A DNA stretch of 64,000 nucleotides from positions 64,728,001 through 64,792,000 of the forward strand of contig OX597832.1 in NCBI GenBank assembly GCA_951406725.2, read 5' to 3'. Origin of the DNA: Octopus vulgaris. Lineage: Eukaryota. Positions 14,563 through 28,077 of this stretch are shown in pieces. Numbering within the stretch: position 1 is the stretch's first letter; each line of letters opens with the position of its first letter. The position numbers and the translations under genes are program-made. The notes under the pieces were generated by a model that saw nothing but the letters and a program-made list of their open reading frames with translations, was not told where the DNA came from and did not search any database.

Positions 14563-14818
14563 ACACACATACTCACACGCATATACAAGCAAGCCAGTTA
14601 ACACTCACACAAACATTTAGATATTGTATAATTACTTACTGGAGGCAATTTGTATTAGTTAATCAGCGCACTGTGAAAAACTACACAGCTCATTAGAGAT
14701 CTATATGGCTACTATTTACGTCACTATTTGTCACAGACATCGTCAAGTAGTAGAATATCTACTACCAACTCAAAATAGCAACAATAATAATGTATTCAAT
14801 ATTTCACTTATAGAATAG

Positions 14819-15020
14819 GAGGTGAGTTGGTAGAATTCTTTGCATGCCGGGAAAAATGCCTAGCGCCATTTCGTCCGTCTTTATGTTCTGAATTCAAATA
14901 ATGACGACTTTGCCTTTCATTTTTCGAAAAGATAAGTACCAGTGTAGTGTTGAGGGTCGATGTAATCGATTTACCCCCGACCCTGTCGAATTGCGGGCCT
15001 TGTAGCAAAATTTGAACCAA
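14819..15020 (+). mobile_element. SINE family B, diverged
   Basis: gacgactttgcctttcat...gataagtaccag...ggtcgatgtaatcga...ggccttgt. Confidence 0.8.
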
Positions 15021-15115
15021 TGTTTCATTCATAGTTAACCGCCTTTTTTAAAAACTTGTTCTCACTAGGAGAAATATAATCAGGCTTGAGGAGAAAAAGA
15101 TTTCAGATTAACAGT

Positions 15116-15485
15116 TTTTATCCTTTACTCGTTTTAGTCATTAGACTACAGCCATGCTGGAGCACCGCCTTGAAGTTTTAGTCGAATGAATCGAACAAGA
15201 GTACTCATTTGTTTTTAGCCTGGTACTTTTGCCGAACCGCTAAGTTATGGGGACGTAAACATACTAACACCGGTTGTCAATCATTGATGGGTTGGGACAA
15301 ACACAGTCAAAGTGACACACAGACACACACGCACACATATATATGCGACGGGCTTTTTTCAGTTTCCGTCTACCGAATCCACTCAAGGGGTTTTGGTCGC
15401 CCCTAGGCTATAGTAGAAGATGCCAAGCTGTGGGACTGAACCTGGAACCATGTGTTTGTAGAGCAAGCTTCTTACTACTCAGCCA
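15116..15485 (-). mobile_element. SINE family A
   Basis: gccatgctggagcaccgcc...ttttgccgaaccgctaagt...gtgggactgaacctggaaccatgtg. Confidence 0.88.
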
Positions 15486-16000
15486 AAGAAGAAAAAGGGT
15501 AAAAGGTGAAAATCACACCAAAAATAAGAAGATATTGTGAAGTCTTTGGTTTACCTCCAGGAATTATGAGACTGAAACTCTTGGTCAATCCGTATTCTCT
15601 CGACTTAGAATTATAAAGGACCACATCGACTTCTTTTAATAAGAACTCCGAATTTAAAGGGGTTTAACTGAAATAATACTATATATTTACGTAGCTTTCT
15701 ACTCTGACTCCTCTGATTGCTATTATCAGCTGATCAGCCCGTCATGTAAGGGACCCCTCGTTGGCTCACAGAAACAGTGGCGTGCGTCAAAACAGTCATT
15801 TTTCACTCAAATAGTAACCTAGTTCCGTTGGAAGACTGGACAGTTAGGGAAATATGGTATTGGAAGGTGCAATCACGGCTTTAATTCCTATGATGGTAGA
15901 TCCATCTGAATATGGCAGGAATTTAGTTTAAACAACGGCATCAACAACGACAAAAACAACAGCATAGATTATGTTCATATTTTCCTCCACCCCTTCTTTT

Positions 16001-16110
16001 TCTTCTTCTTCTTCTTCTTCTTCTTCTTCTTCTTCTTCTTCTTCTTCTTCTTCTTCTTCTTCTTTTTCATCATCATCATCATCATCGTCATCATCATAAT
16101 CATCATCATC
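16001..16110. repeat. (TTC)n followed by (CAT)n microsatellite
   Basis: Direct reading. Confidence 0.95.
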
Positions 16111-16547
16111 ACAGAATCATGGTTAACAATTATGGTTCTGTGTTTTTATTTTTACCCTCCTGCCTATCATTGAATTAATGATACGTTTTCTTTTATACGA
16201 TTATTGTACGACATTTTGGAATGTGGGTTGGCAACTTCGCTTCTGCTTTTGCTTTTCATAAACATCAAAGAGTAAAAAAACCTCTCTCACTCTCTCTCTC
16301 TCTCTCTCTCACTCTCTCTCTCTCACACACGCACACACACACACACACACAAACACACATATATTTTTTCCCTCTGTGTGTTATCATTGTCTTTGCAATT
16401 ATATCGAATTAGATTGGCGTCAGATAGAGTTCTGCAGCTTCAGATGCTTTGAGAATAATTTGGCATCCAATAAAATGGAATGTGTTACATAAATTGAGAA
16501 GTAATGTCTATTGCACAATCGGATTTTCCACTATTTATATTTCAATA

Positions 16548-16588
<41 letters not shown>

Positions 16589-16956
16589 TATAATTATATG
16601 TATTTATATATATAATTATATATATTTATATTTATACATATATATATTTAAATATATATATATATATTTATATATATAAACATTTATATATATATATGTA
16701 TGTGTGTGTGTGTTCTTAAATATGTATATATAATATACACATATGTATATATATATATATATTCTTAAATATTTATATATATATATATAAATGTATGTGT
16801 GTGAGTGTATGTATGTTTTTATGTATATGTATATGTGTGTATATATATATACGTATGTATAAGTGTATACAAGTAAGTATAGCTTTATAAACGTATAAAT
16901 ACACTCATACGTACATACTCAGACATACATATATAAAGATGCATATATGTGTATGC

Positions 16957-17030
<74 letters not shown>

Positions 17031-17680
17031 ATATATACGTGCGCGCACACATGCATAAATATAAATATATTAAAAATATATGTATGCCTAGTTCTATACA
17101 CATATAGTGATACACATGTTCACATCTATGTACGTATACATACATACATACATACATACATACATACATACATACATACATACATGCATACAAATATATA
17201 CATACGCATGCACACCTAATTACAATTCTCTCAATAATGTATAATATACACGACTATACTTATTATTGGGACTATTGTAAATTTCCATTTCACATTGATC
17301 TGTAGCTGTTTCCTGGCTGGGAATGCCTGTCTTTACCAGCCTCAAATTAAACTCAATTTTATGCGGAATATTTCAGTATTCATTACTCACAATAAAATTG
17401 TTGCTGTACAAACCTATTGAATTCTCTTTTTCTATGAGATAAATATACTTAGTACACACACACACGCTCACGCAGCAAGCGGTGAACGTATAATCGAGAA
17501 ACCTTTGTTCTTTTCTCCCCCTTTTTCTCTTCTTATCTCCCCTTTCCGTAGAAAAGCGTATGCTGGAAACGTTAAGCACTTCCTTCTTTCCAAGACAAAA
17601 TAATACACCCATTTATTTTTTTTTACCTCGTCTTCCTGTTTATTTTTTTATATCTTTATTCTTTATATATATACATATTT

Positions 17681-18193
17681 ATTTTATCCATCATTTCAGT
17701 CATTTTGACTGCGGCCATGCCGGAGCACAATCTTTAAGGGTTTCGGTCGAAGAATTCGACCCCAGGAATTATTCTATATGTGCTTAGTACTTATCCTATC
17801 GGTACCTTTTGCCGAACCGCTAAATAACGGTGGACATAAACATACCAGTATCGGTTGTCAAGCGATGTCGTGGTGGTGGTGAAAGTGGGGGGACAGACAC
17901 AAACACATACTTACATAATTATATACACATATATATTATGTCATATGTAACCAAACATACGTTTGTTTTCGAAGTGTTGAAATGTATTGTAAAACAAATA
18001 AAAAGATAACTTTTGTTTTTCAACACGTAAATACTTAACAATCTATATAAAGGATAAAATACTTTTAAGAGCAGAAAAATTTGTCGGCAAATTTTTCTGC
18101 TCTTAAAAATATTTTATCCTTTATATAGATTGTTAAGTATTTTTGAAAAAATAAGTTGGGAAGCAAGCTTCATACCACACTGACACACTTGCG
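17681..18193 (-). mobile_element. SINE family A with its middle replaced by a palindromic insert
   Basis: Tail half at 17681-17935; head resumes at about 18155 (gttgggaagcaagcttcataccacac); the B-box/CORE segment is missing. Confidence 0.8.
18029..18142. repeat. 114-bp near-perfect palindrome
   Basis: Arms symmetric about 18085/18086 with 2 mismatched pairs; weaker symmetry extends to about 18008-18157. Confidence 0.9.
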
Positions 18194-18213
18194 TGTATAT
18201 ATATATATATATA

Positions 18214-18427
18214 AACTGACAGTAACTCATATATCCGAAAATGAAGCACAGATTAAAGAAGTAGAGCAGTAAATTACGTTTTAGGAAGCTAAATGTTATG
18301 GTCAGTCATAGTGACCACTGGTCTCGTACCTATAAAGCACTTAGCAGTCTAGTCTGACGAGTCGCCTATACTGATCAGCACTTACCTATGGTCGCTCTAT
18401 GACCGACCATAACTTTTAACTTCCTAA
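18214..18427 (-). mobile_element. Penelope-like pLTR remnant in (TA)n, with inverted repeat and decayed hammerhead
   Basis: IR ttaggaagctaaatgttatggtcagtcatagtgacca / tggtcgctctatgaccgaccataacttttaacttcctaa. Minus strand reads ctgctaa-gtgc..gtac-gagac-cagtg-gtc (degenerate CUGANGA/GAAAC/GUC). 67-nt one-sided tail; (TA)n on both sides. Confidence 0.55.
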
Positions 18428-18589
18428 TATATATATATATATATATATATAATGTCGTCGTCAGGTGCGAGCGAGTATGTCCTCATTTTGTTAATTGTTT
18501 TAAGTTCCTTTGTTTTTGCTTGCGAGGGAACATAGACGTCGCCTCACCCCTCCCACTCGAGGCTCACCATCAGCAGTTCACAACGCATT

Positions 18590-18722
18590 TTCATCTGGGT
18601 AGATGGGGCAATACAACAAAAAATGCTTTGGTCAAGAGTACAAGACGCCGCCTGGGCCAGGACTCGAAGCCAAGAATTTATGATCGTTAGCCTGACACCC
18701 TAACCACTAAGCCACGTACCTC
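18590..18722 (-). mobile_element. SINE family C head (tRNA-derived)
   Basis: Reverse complement gtggcttagtggttagggtg (A-box)...cttcgagtcctgg (B-box). Similar degenerate copy at 39425-39520. Confidence 0.65.
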
Positions 18723-18984
18723 TTACGTATTCATCTATAGTATTGATTAATCTGATGTTTTTCGATGATAAACAATAATATATAGATATATATATGTATG
18801 TATATATACATACATATATATATATATATATAAATATATACACATGCATACATATGTATGAGTATGCATATATATTTTGCGCACTCAAGTACTCATATTG
18901 CGAGAGAGAGAGAGAGAGAGAGGGAGAAAGTGTGGGACAGGGTGAGGTGGCAGACGTGTATGCGTATGTGCGTGTGTGTCTGAG

Positions 18985-19026
<42 letters not shown>

Positions 19027-19714
19027 ATAAAAGTGACTTAGGAAGTGATAACGCAGTAAGCGAATATTTTGTTGAGATGAGAGAAATATGTATACATTTA
19101 TGGATTGCAGAGGAAAAAAATATCTGTATCTATATTCTGCAGTGAATCAACATAGACACAATCCCAGACAAAAATCACACACATTTATGTGTCCATACAT
19201 TCGCTCATAGACTAGGAATTACGGTGAAATGTGATCGTGCTAAACACATTACATTAAGAATATATTAGGTTAAATAAACGACGATCAAGAACAAACGTAG
19301 TAATTTGTTTAGTGTTGGTTCTGTTGGTAAAGTTCAGTTTGTTTCAGATCTGAGACCCACTTCACACAGGCGCCAGATCAGTGAATTAGCCTACCTTAAC
19401 ACGATATGTCCAATTATACACTTCTCTTTATTTGAACACGCCACCCTTCACTGGTTTAGAAACAACCGATTGCGGTACGCCGCAGATTTTCTATGTAAGT
19501 GTATTTATATACAAATGTGTGTGTGTGTGTGTGTGAATATTGTAATATGTATTTTCATTTCCTCCAGGACCAAGAATAGACAATATAAAGAAACGATAAG
19601 AATGGCAAAAGACTAGATTGTTTTTCCAACAAGGAAAGACAGAAGGGGCGGTCTCAGCGGAGAATACATACGTGCAGTATAGCTGGGGAAAAGTGAAAAA
19701 ATCCTATGGGATTA

Positions 19715-19753
<39 letters not shown>

Positions 19754-19774
19754 CACTTATAATTATAATTATCT

Positions 19775-19923
19775 TTTTTTCTACTGTAGGTACAAAGCAT
19801 GAAATTTGGTGGGAGGAGGAGCCAGTCGATTGCATCGAAACCAGTGTATAACTGGTACATATTTCATCGACCCCTAAAAAAATTAAAGGCAAAATCGATC
19901 TCGGCGGCATTTGAACTCAGAAC
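19775..19923 (-). mobile_element. SINE family B lacking its head
   Basis: actggtacatatttcatcgacccc...aaaggcaaaatcgatctcggcggcatttgaactcagaac. Confidence 0.8.
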
Positions 19924-20089
19924 TTGTCTCCTTAATTCAATATAGGTACAAGGAATTTCGGCTGAACACCTCTATTTATCTATAAGCGTAGTAGAGGGCT
20001 AAAGCAATGTGGAGTGTACAATATATTAATATATTAAAAGCTGATAGGTAATAGATTGTAGGTGTTAATGGTATATATACATATATACA

Positions 20090-20571
20090 TATATATATAT
20101 ATAAAACTCTAGTTGTGTGAGTGTCTGTCCCCTTCGATTTAGATTCCTGCAGTTTAACCAAATTCGGGTATCTTATAGTCGTGATTCATATCGAGCCCGT
20201 CTGACTACTAGCGCGCGTCAACGATGAGTCTACGATTTTAAAAATAATTTAACATCATTTTTTATTCCATTTTAATGCATAAAATGCATCGTATGTCGAT
20301 GGCGGCGGAGTTGGCGTCCACGCTCACAGCTGCACCTGTTTGCTTCTCCCCTTCCCTCCCTCGTGAAGCTGTGGGGAAGGGAGTGTAAAGAAATCAACGT
20401 CGTAATGCGTTGTGAAGGAAACCAGCGTTCTTTTAGAACAACGACTTCATGGCTTGAAGACACCAAAACAAAAATGGCTAAGAAAGCCCGAATTTATAAG
20501 GGAAGTAACTCTCTAAAAATGCTTATATAGTTATTTCCCTTACAAACCCGAGCAACGCCGGGCGATACTAG
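20090..20571 (+). mobile_element. Non-autonomous Helitron
   Basis: 3' GC hairpin cccgagcaacgccggg (20547-62) followed by terminal CTAG (20568-71) then T. The 5' end (tatatataaaac...gtgtgagtgtctgtc) merges into (TA)n. No TIR or TSD. Confidence 0.7.
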
Positions 20572-20586
20572 TATATATATATATAA

Positions 20587-20635
<49 letters not shown>

Positions 20636-20673
20636 CATATATACACTCAAAATATAAATAATATATATGTATA

Positions 20674-20706
<33 letters not shown>

Positions 20707-22328
20707 GCATATATACAAACATACATGTACATGCCTACATATATATTTATATATACAGGCATATATGGGTACAGGACGTCAAACAACGTGAACAAAAGGA
20801 GAAACGAGAACATAAAAACAAAAGCATGGAATATATATATATGTATATATATGATGGATTCTCTTTTCGTGAATGACAAATGAGGGCTCAGTAAAGTAAA
20901 GCGTTAATCATGTTCTATGAATATGAATCTTGCTGAGATTCTCTTCAGGGACACACACTCATATACATACATACATAAACTGATACAATTGAAATGAGAG
21001 AAAATTCAACCAGCCAATACACAGATGCGAAGCCGCTTAGATTTGTTCAGGGCGTTCAGCGACCCCAATACATACCTCTGCCTGATATTCGAGTCCGGGT
21101 CTACAGATAGTGTTCGCTGGGATCCTCATTGTTCGACTATCGTCCCCCAATCGTTCAGTAGGAAAATTACGAAGAATATTTGATATCAGATGCGACCTGT
21201 CTTTCATTTGAAATCCATAATTCTAATGTCGATTAGAACTGATGTCTATTTTCTCTTCAATCCCTATGTTATTACAGTTTTTTTTAAACACACAACCGCC
21301 AATCTTTGACAATATTCATTACCTTCCCTTTATTGCTTCTAAGGACAGTTATTATACTACTGTGTCATGGTGTGAGTTGCTTGTCTATGATCTGGTGTCT
21401 CTTCTCCTTCTCTTACTCTTGCCATTTCTCTTGAATGAACCTCTCTGCACGTCGTTAGACGTTGGGTGACGCTATTGGTAACATACCCGTTGGCTTTCTA
21501 ATCGTCATATCTGGCGCTCATGACGAGGCGAGTTGTTTTTGTTTTCTTTCTACTTTCTTCGACTATCAAGACCAAAGGTCCTCTAAATATTCCTAGCTTC
21601 TGAAGCCTACCGCTTTTCACCCTTTGCTTTCTATGTTCCTCCGAGCAGTAATTTTTCATGTGATACTACTGCTACTCATATAGCAGAGTTTTCAGCTCTG
21701 CACCACTACTCTGGTGATTATGTCAATCAGCATGTGTGTAGCTCCACCACTCACTCTTGTGCCGCCTTGGTTCAACAGACTCGGTAAACGATTCAATATA
21801 TGCTATGCGGGTCGATAGATCGATGGAAATCGACATTGTTCCAGATGTCAGTCAGACGCTTTTCTATGTGGGCATATACTCCATACTACTTCATAGAATT
21901 TACCAAGGTAGAAGTAAGCTGTTTGATGTATTTCTCAAGCAAGACGCACTTAAATTTGTAACTCACAACTTTCATACCGGTACTCTTTCTGAAAAGCAGC
22001 TCATGCCGAGGATTTCCCCCGTCACTAGCATCCTACTATAGTTCAGGTTATTCAATTAGTTCTATTAAGGTAAAATATCTTTTTCTAGATTTTCTGTTGT
22101 TCTAAGTTTAAATTTCTTTTGGGTTCTTAAATCTCCCGAAAATATCTCTAGGAACGTCATCACAATCATTTCATTGGGAGACATGTAAACAAATATTCGT
22201 TTTTCAAATAGCTTGAGGCTAAATAGTCAAAAATTGATGTTTATTTCTTCGCATACATAGTAAATGTAACAAGTGATTTCACAACCCTATGGTTTCACGA
22301 TCCGACAGCCAAACACACACACACACAA

Positions 22329-22390
<62 letters not shown>

Positions 22391-24069
22391 TTTAGTTAGA
22401 CTGTATGTAAGTATCTCTGCGTTTTGTGGTTGATTAAACAATCGGAGTAAACAGTATTTCTTTCGTCACAAGAATATATACGCCTGTATGTGATGTGTGC
22501 GCATTTGTATGATTTTATCAGTACGAACCCGATACATATATACATATATATAATATATATATATAATATATATGTGTGTGTGTGTGTGAGGGAGTGTGAG
22601 AAGAGACAGAAAGAGAGAGATGGATGACTACACTATTCTCCTACAGAATTTCTCACACATTCCTTTTATCTATTCCCTCAGTGCTCTCTCTGTCTCTCTC
22701 TCTCTCTCCCTCTCTCTCCATATATTTACGAATCTTTTGTTTTTTGAATGAATATATGTATAATTATATGTTCATTGGAAATGCATATCTTGTTATTTAT
22801 GTTTATATTATAAAAATTGTATATATTTACATATAAAAGTTATAAATACATCTGCATCTCTCACTCCCATTATACTCCCTAAAGCGCGAGTATTTATATG
22901 TGTGTGTATGTGTGAATATATCGGTATATACACACAGATTTGGTACGCAAATATCTGATCTCTTGTTTACATGAGGTCTTAAAAAAATGGAGCCAGTTTG
23001 GCGACTGCGTCCACAATAGCCCTTTCTCATATCGAATTACCATAATTTTTTGCTTCCTACTCCCGAAACCTCACTAGGAATCTAAGAATCCCCCACCCAT
23101 CCGGATCAACAAGGATGGTAAACGTTTGTGATGTTTGGCCAGACTTCTGAGACTGAGGCCCCGTGTGGCACTTTGTTGTTGTTAAGCGAGATGGCATGTG
23201 AGATGACTCTGGAGACAGATTATCGTCTCCATTCATAAAAGACTTCAGATACTACCAGCTCTTTCATCCATATAGCCGTATGCGTGTCTCTGTGTGTGTG
23301 TGTGTGTGTGTTTTATATATAAGTGAATTTGAACTTGGATAATGTAGCAAAATAAAGCATTTTGCTAACAGCTAGGAGCAATAAAATTTATCATATTATT
23401 TCTAAATTTTTCGTGTTTTGTGGTCTTTATTTGTGTGCGTATGTGTCTGCACACACATACACACACACATACACACACATACACATATATATATATATAA
23501 TATATAAAATATACATATTTATAGAAATACGAATTTTGATAAACTACATAATAACTCGTAATTATTTCTTTGTTATTTTGAATACATGATTTATATTCAA
23601 AACTTCTTTATATAGCAATTATATATTATACATCTGCACATATATGTATATAGGTGTGTATACATGCGTGTGATGCCTTTGTATGTTATCGAAAACATGA
23701 ACAATGATAGGGAAATATATAGGGAATTTCCTCTGAATTTACTTCTCCCCGTGATTTTAACAGAAATCTATTGAGCAGACAGCTTTAATGAATACATAGA
23801 AACCAATACCGATATTGGAATATAATTTCGTAACAAAGTGATGAAAATATGGAAAAAACTGCGTGTTGTGAGTGTGAGAGAGAAATAGAGAACGAAGGGA
23901 GACAGAGAAAGAAAGAAATAGGGAGAATGATGAAGAGAAAGATAATAAATGTTTGTTGGATCAAATGGAATTAGCAACAGATTTGTTTTCGAGAGATTTC
24001 ATACGCCTGGTGAGACTTAACAGAGCTTCAAACCTTTCTGAAAATCAATGAATGTGCGTTAGTACAACG

Positions 24070-24329
24070 AGACCTTTTACTACTTGTGTTGAGACTCATA
24101 GCATTTATTTCAGTTTTAATTAAGTTTTAAAGTGATGAAATATTTAGTAAAACAACTGTGTGAATATTAAGGTGGTGTTTGGAACAAATTAAGGTCCCCC
24201 AAATTAAGGTCCCCACAAATTAAGGTGAAATTTTGATGGTAGGTTTTGAAGTAAAACACTTAAAAAAAAAGAAAGTTTGTATCATAGAACTGGGAGTGGA
24301 CTCAGACAAGTTGGAACCAATAGGGTTAA
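24070..24329. mobile_element. piggyBac-like MITE remnant
   Basis: Right end ...aatagggTTAA; left end degenerate (ccttttactac). Contains a local 3x tandem of caaattaaggt(cccc) at 24185-24226. Confidence 0.45.
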
Positions 24330-24442
24330 ATAGGAACCATATTCTGTATCTTATCTGCTATTAGAATCTATCTGTTGCTGTAGCATGGCAGTATTAAGAC
24401 TTTCGCTTCTCAGCTAAATCGTTTCGAGTTCCTATTCTCTTC

Positions 24443-24595
24443 GCGTGGATGTGTGGTAAGAAGTTTGCTTTCCAAGCGCATGGTTCCGGGCTCAATCTCA
24501 TTGTGTGGCACCTTGGGCTAATGTTTTCCAATATAACCTCATGCTAACCAAAACCTTCTGAATGGATTTGGTAGACGGCGACTGAAAGAAGCCCG

Positions 24596-24637
<42 letters not shown>

Positions 24638-24788
24638 GGGAGGGGTCTCACCGCCACTTGGCAACCTTGTTGGTGCGTTTATTTCATGGTTGTTCGGCAA
24701 AACACGCTGATGGGGTCGAAGCGTACGACTAAAATTCTTCAAGGTGGTACCCCAGCATGGCCGCAGTTTAAGTGATGAAACAAATAAC
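24443..24788 (+). mobile_element. SINE family A
   Basis: gtgtggtaagaagtttgc...ggcaccttgggc...gaaagaagcccgtc(TA)n...cccagcatggccgcagt. Confidence 0.88.
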
Positions 24789-25546
24789 AGGACAGAAGAA
24801 CTTCTAATATTGCCAGGAGTCGGCAAAAGAGCTGAGGTTAAATTTAACTGATAACCCGTGGAAACGATCGGAGTTACTGAATCTGAACATCGTCCGTTGC
24901 TCAGTTTAGATAACAACAATTGGCCCTTGGGGGACTTTCGCACTGCTCACTCTTTCATAATCGTTCGGGGTATGGCGTTCGTTCAGAGATGAACATTGAA
25001 ACATAGTTTGACTACTCTCGTATGATCTAAAACTATGTCATATATGTCGTTCCTGTTTTGAATTTTATTTCATGTTATGCGGCATAACTCGAACGTGTAT
25101 TTGGAAACGTGTTTCAGATAATTAGCTGCAAAATATATATATATATAAAACAAAACAAAACAAGAAACGACGTTACCTGACCGTTTCCTAAGGAACATGA
25201 CCGAGCAATATCGTAAAGAAGATAATTCGATAATTTAAAAGGTTGCTATTGGAAACTACTCTGTCTACAAATCTAGAGCTTCATACTTTTCTACAACGCT
25301 AAAAAAACTGTATGTCGATATATATATATATATATATTTTTTATATTACATCCAATTTAGAAATATAGCATTCCGCTCTAATTATTCTGTTTCCTCACCT
25401 CTTTGCAACGTAAATTGGTTGACGCATTTTAATTGTCTCACATTTCTTTCTTTCATTACTTGAATGGTTGATTGTCTGGGTTTGGTATCATATTAATTAA
25501 GCTTGTGTGTGTATATATATATGCAATATTGTATATATGTATGTAC

Positions 25547-25602
<56 letters not shown>

Positions 25603-25613
25603 TCATTTATTTT

Positions 25614-25647
<34 letters not shown>

Positions 25648-25988
25648 CATAAATGATCTATGTGCGTGTGTGTATATAAGTGTGGGTCTATGAACGTGTA
25701 CAGATGCATATGTGTGTATATATGTGCGTGTGTATTCGCCATATGTCTCAACATTAAAACGTTTTCAAATCTATTGGACTTCCTCGTAAAAAAGAAAAAA
25801 AAAGAAAAATGTAACTAAAAGCCAAAACCATTATTTATGTATTAGTAGTTATTGGTGTGTGCATAAGATCTTCACTTTGCAGCTGCAAAATTTCGAGCCC
25901 AATCCCATGACTTTTACTATATAGTTCCGTGCTAGAAGTTGTATGTATGTGTCTGTGAGTGTGTGTATAATATATGTGCATGCTATAC

Positions 25989-26041
<53 letters not shown>

Positions 26042-26159
26042 TATATATATATGTGTGTGTGTGTTTGTATGTGTGTGTGTGTGTGTGTGTGTGTTTTTGT
26101 ATTATATGTCTATACGGATATATGTCATGTGTATCGGTTCGTGTGTGCATATATCACAA

Positions 26160-26327
26160 CACTCCTTCACAACAGGTGTTGTTTTGTTATCGGGAGCAAG
26201 TGCCCCCGATGAGTGTCAGGCTTAAGAAAAAGTAGGCACTGGAGTCGAATTGATGAACTTAACCTTTCAAGACGGTGCACCACAATACCATAGCCACTGT
26301 CCAGTTACTGAACCAAGTAAAATAAAT
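26160..26327 (+). mobile_element. SINE family A 3' fragment, diverged
   Basis: actggagtcga...gacggtgcacc...actgaaccaagtaaaa. Confidence 0.55.
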
Positions 26328-26657
26328 ATACTTATATATGTATATTTATATAAGTTTAAATAAGTATATTTATACATGAATATATAATTTCAATGATATT
26401 CACTTAATTTTCTTTGTATGCGAGTTGGTGACACTGAGAATGTGGTGATTTCAACAAAGAAAACAAACTATTATGTGTTTAATCATATGGAGAAATAGAA
26501 GCAATCACGAATAGGATAATTTACAACCTCACAAAGAATCAGACAAATTGGAAATCACACATAAGGACTTATGCATATACAGAACAACACACTTGTATAT
26601 ATTGACTCTAACGTTTCTACACAAATTGAAACAAGCACACACACACACACGCGCGCA

Positions 26658-26708
<51 letters not shown>

Positions 26709-27679
26709 GCACACGCGCGTAGAGAAGCCTTAGAGGATGCCCTGTTGTAAATAAGCATCTCCAATAACTTCTACTTGGTTGCTTTAAGGTTTAGACTGAA
26801 TAACAGCTTGACGGTGAGAATTCCGGATGGCAGCCATTTTAAAACTCTCAAAGGACCCTGGCAAACACTTCCAATTAGATGTGCTGTATTGAAAGAACAG
26901 ATCAATCAATGATACAAATAAATAGAGATGTGATCCGTGCCAACCGATCAAATTAAACGACGTATTTCTCCTTATTTCAATGGTTTAGATAGGTAGCCAT
27001 CTTCGTGTGTATGTGCAGGTGTGTGTGTACATGTATCTCTCTGTCTGCTCTTCTCTTTCTCTCAGTGCTTCTGTGTGTATATGCATGATTCAACTCCGCA
27101 GTAGTATGGGATGCTAACAATGTAAGTCGTTTAAACCCCGTGGGCTTTCCATTTTTACTAGGAAATGTTCTGATCTGTCTAATTAGACCTGACATTCCTC
27201 GACCATCAACCTGTTGCCGAATTCAAAAGAACAACCGACATCTTGTATGTTTTCTTTGTTTAAGCTATCTCCACTTGATTCAGCTTTGGAATGTTTTAAC
27301 ACACACACATACATACATGTATACTTACATATACAGAAAAGAGTGTGTGACGTGTTTCTAGTGTCATCTGGTTTGTAAAACTGAGTGCGTATACATTATG
27401 CATCTTGACAGTCTTACAGAATTAACGCTAATATAAACTGGTTAGATTGTCTATCAATCACTTTATCTTTCTACCTATGTATTCTCATATATGCGTCAAA
27501 CTATACATAAATATCTATCTTTATATATGTAAGGATACAATTATGCGTCCAATTATACTGAATTTATACAAAGGATAACTACACAGATTTAAGTAAGTGT
27601 CTGTCCATTAGTTTGATAAGCATGAAATGTTTGGAGTGACTTACACAAATTTCTGTTCACTGAAAGCATAAAAAAAATT

Positions 27680-27990
27680 GCAACTACGTGATTTCAGCTT
27701 TCGTCCTATTACGGTATGACTTCTGCTATTGACTTCTGCTCTATAACCCCAGGTAATCAATGACTTGTGAATGTATTTGGAAGATAGAAACAGTCTGGGA
27801 GCTCGCCACACACACATATATGCATGCGTGTGTTAGTTTTAAGATTGGTGTTGGTTTACGTTCCGTAACATAGCGGTTCATTAAAAGAAACAGACAGAAT
27901 TCGTACCGAACTTAAAATAAAAAGTGCTTTGTCTAATTGCTTGGCTAAAACCCTTCAGTGCAGTGCCCCAGCATGGCTGCAGCCCAGTGT
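27680..27990 (+). mobile_element. SINE family A, diverged
   Basis: cttgtgaatgtatttggaagatagaaac...tagcggttca...cccagcatggctgcag. Confidence 0.6.
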
Positions 27991-28077
27991 AAGAGCCGTA
28001 TATGGGAAATGCGTATCTATGCGTATTGTTTCTGTATAAGTGCAAAAGAATCATCTTGGAATATGCTTGTGTGCATC

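Noticed and set aside
20766-20830. 65-bp island between TA tracts, possibly a retroelement terminus
   Set aside because: No inverted repeat, ribozyme motif or second copy in the window.
21030-22040. GC-richer kilobase with faint LINE endonuclease-like peptides
   Set aside because: Motifs are too degenerate to assign; probably an old TE and needs a tBLASTx/Dfam search.
24185-24226. Three short direct repeats (CRISPR-like at a glance)
   Set aside because: No unique spacers; local slippage within a MITE in eukaryotic DNA.
24845-24880. ctgataa...gaaacgatcgga hammerhead-like string
   Set aside because: Core substitution, no UH triplet, and no convincing stem I or II.
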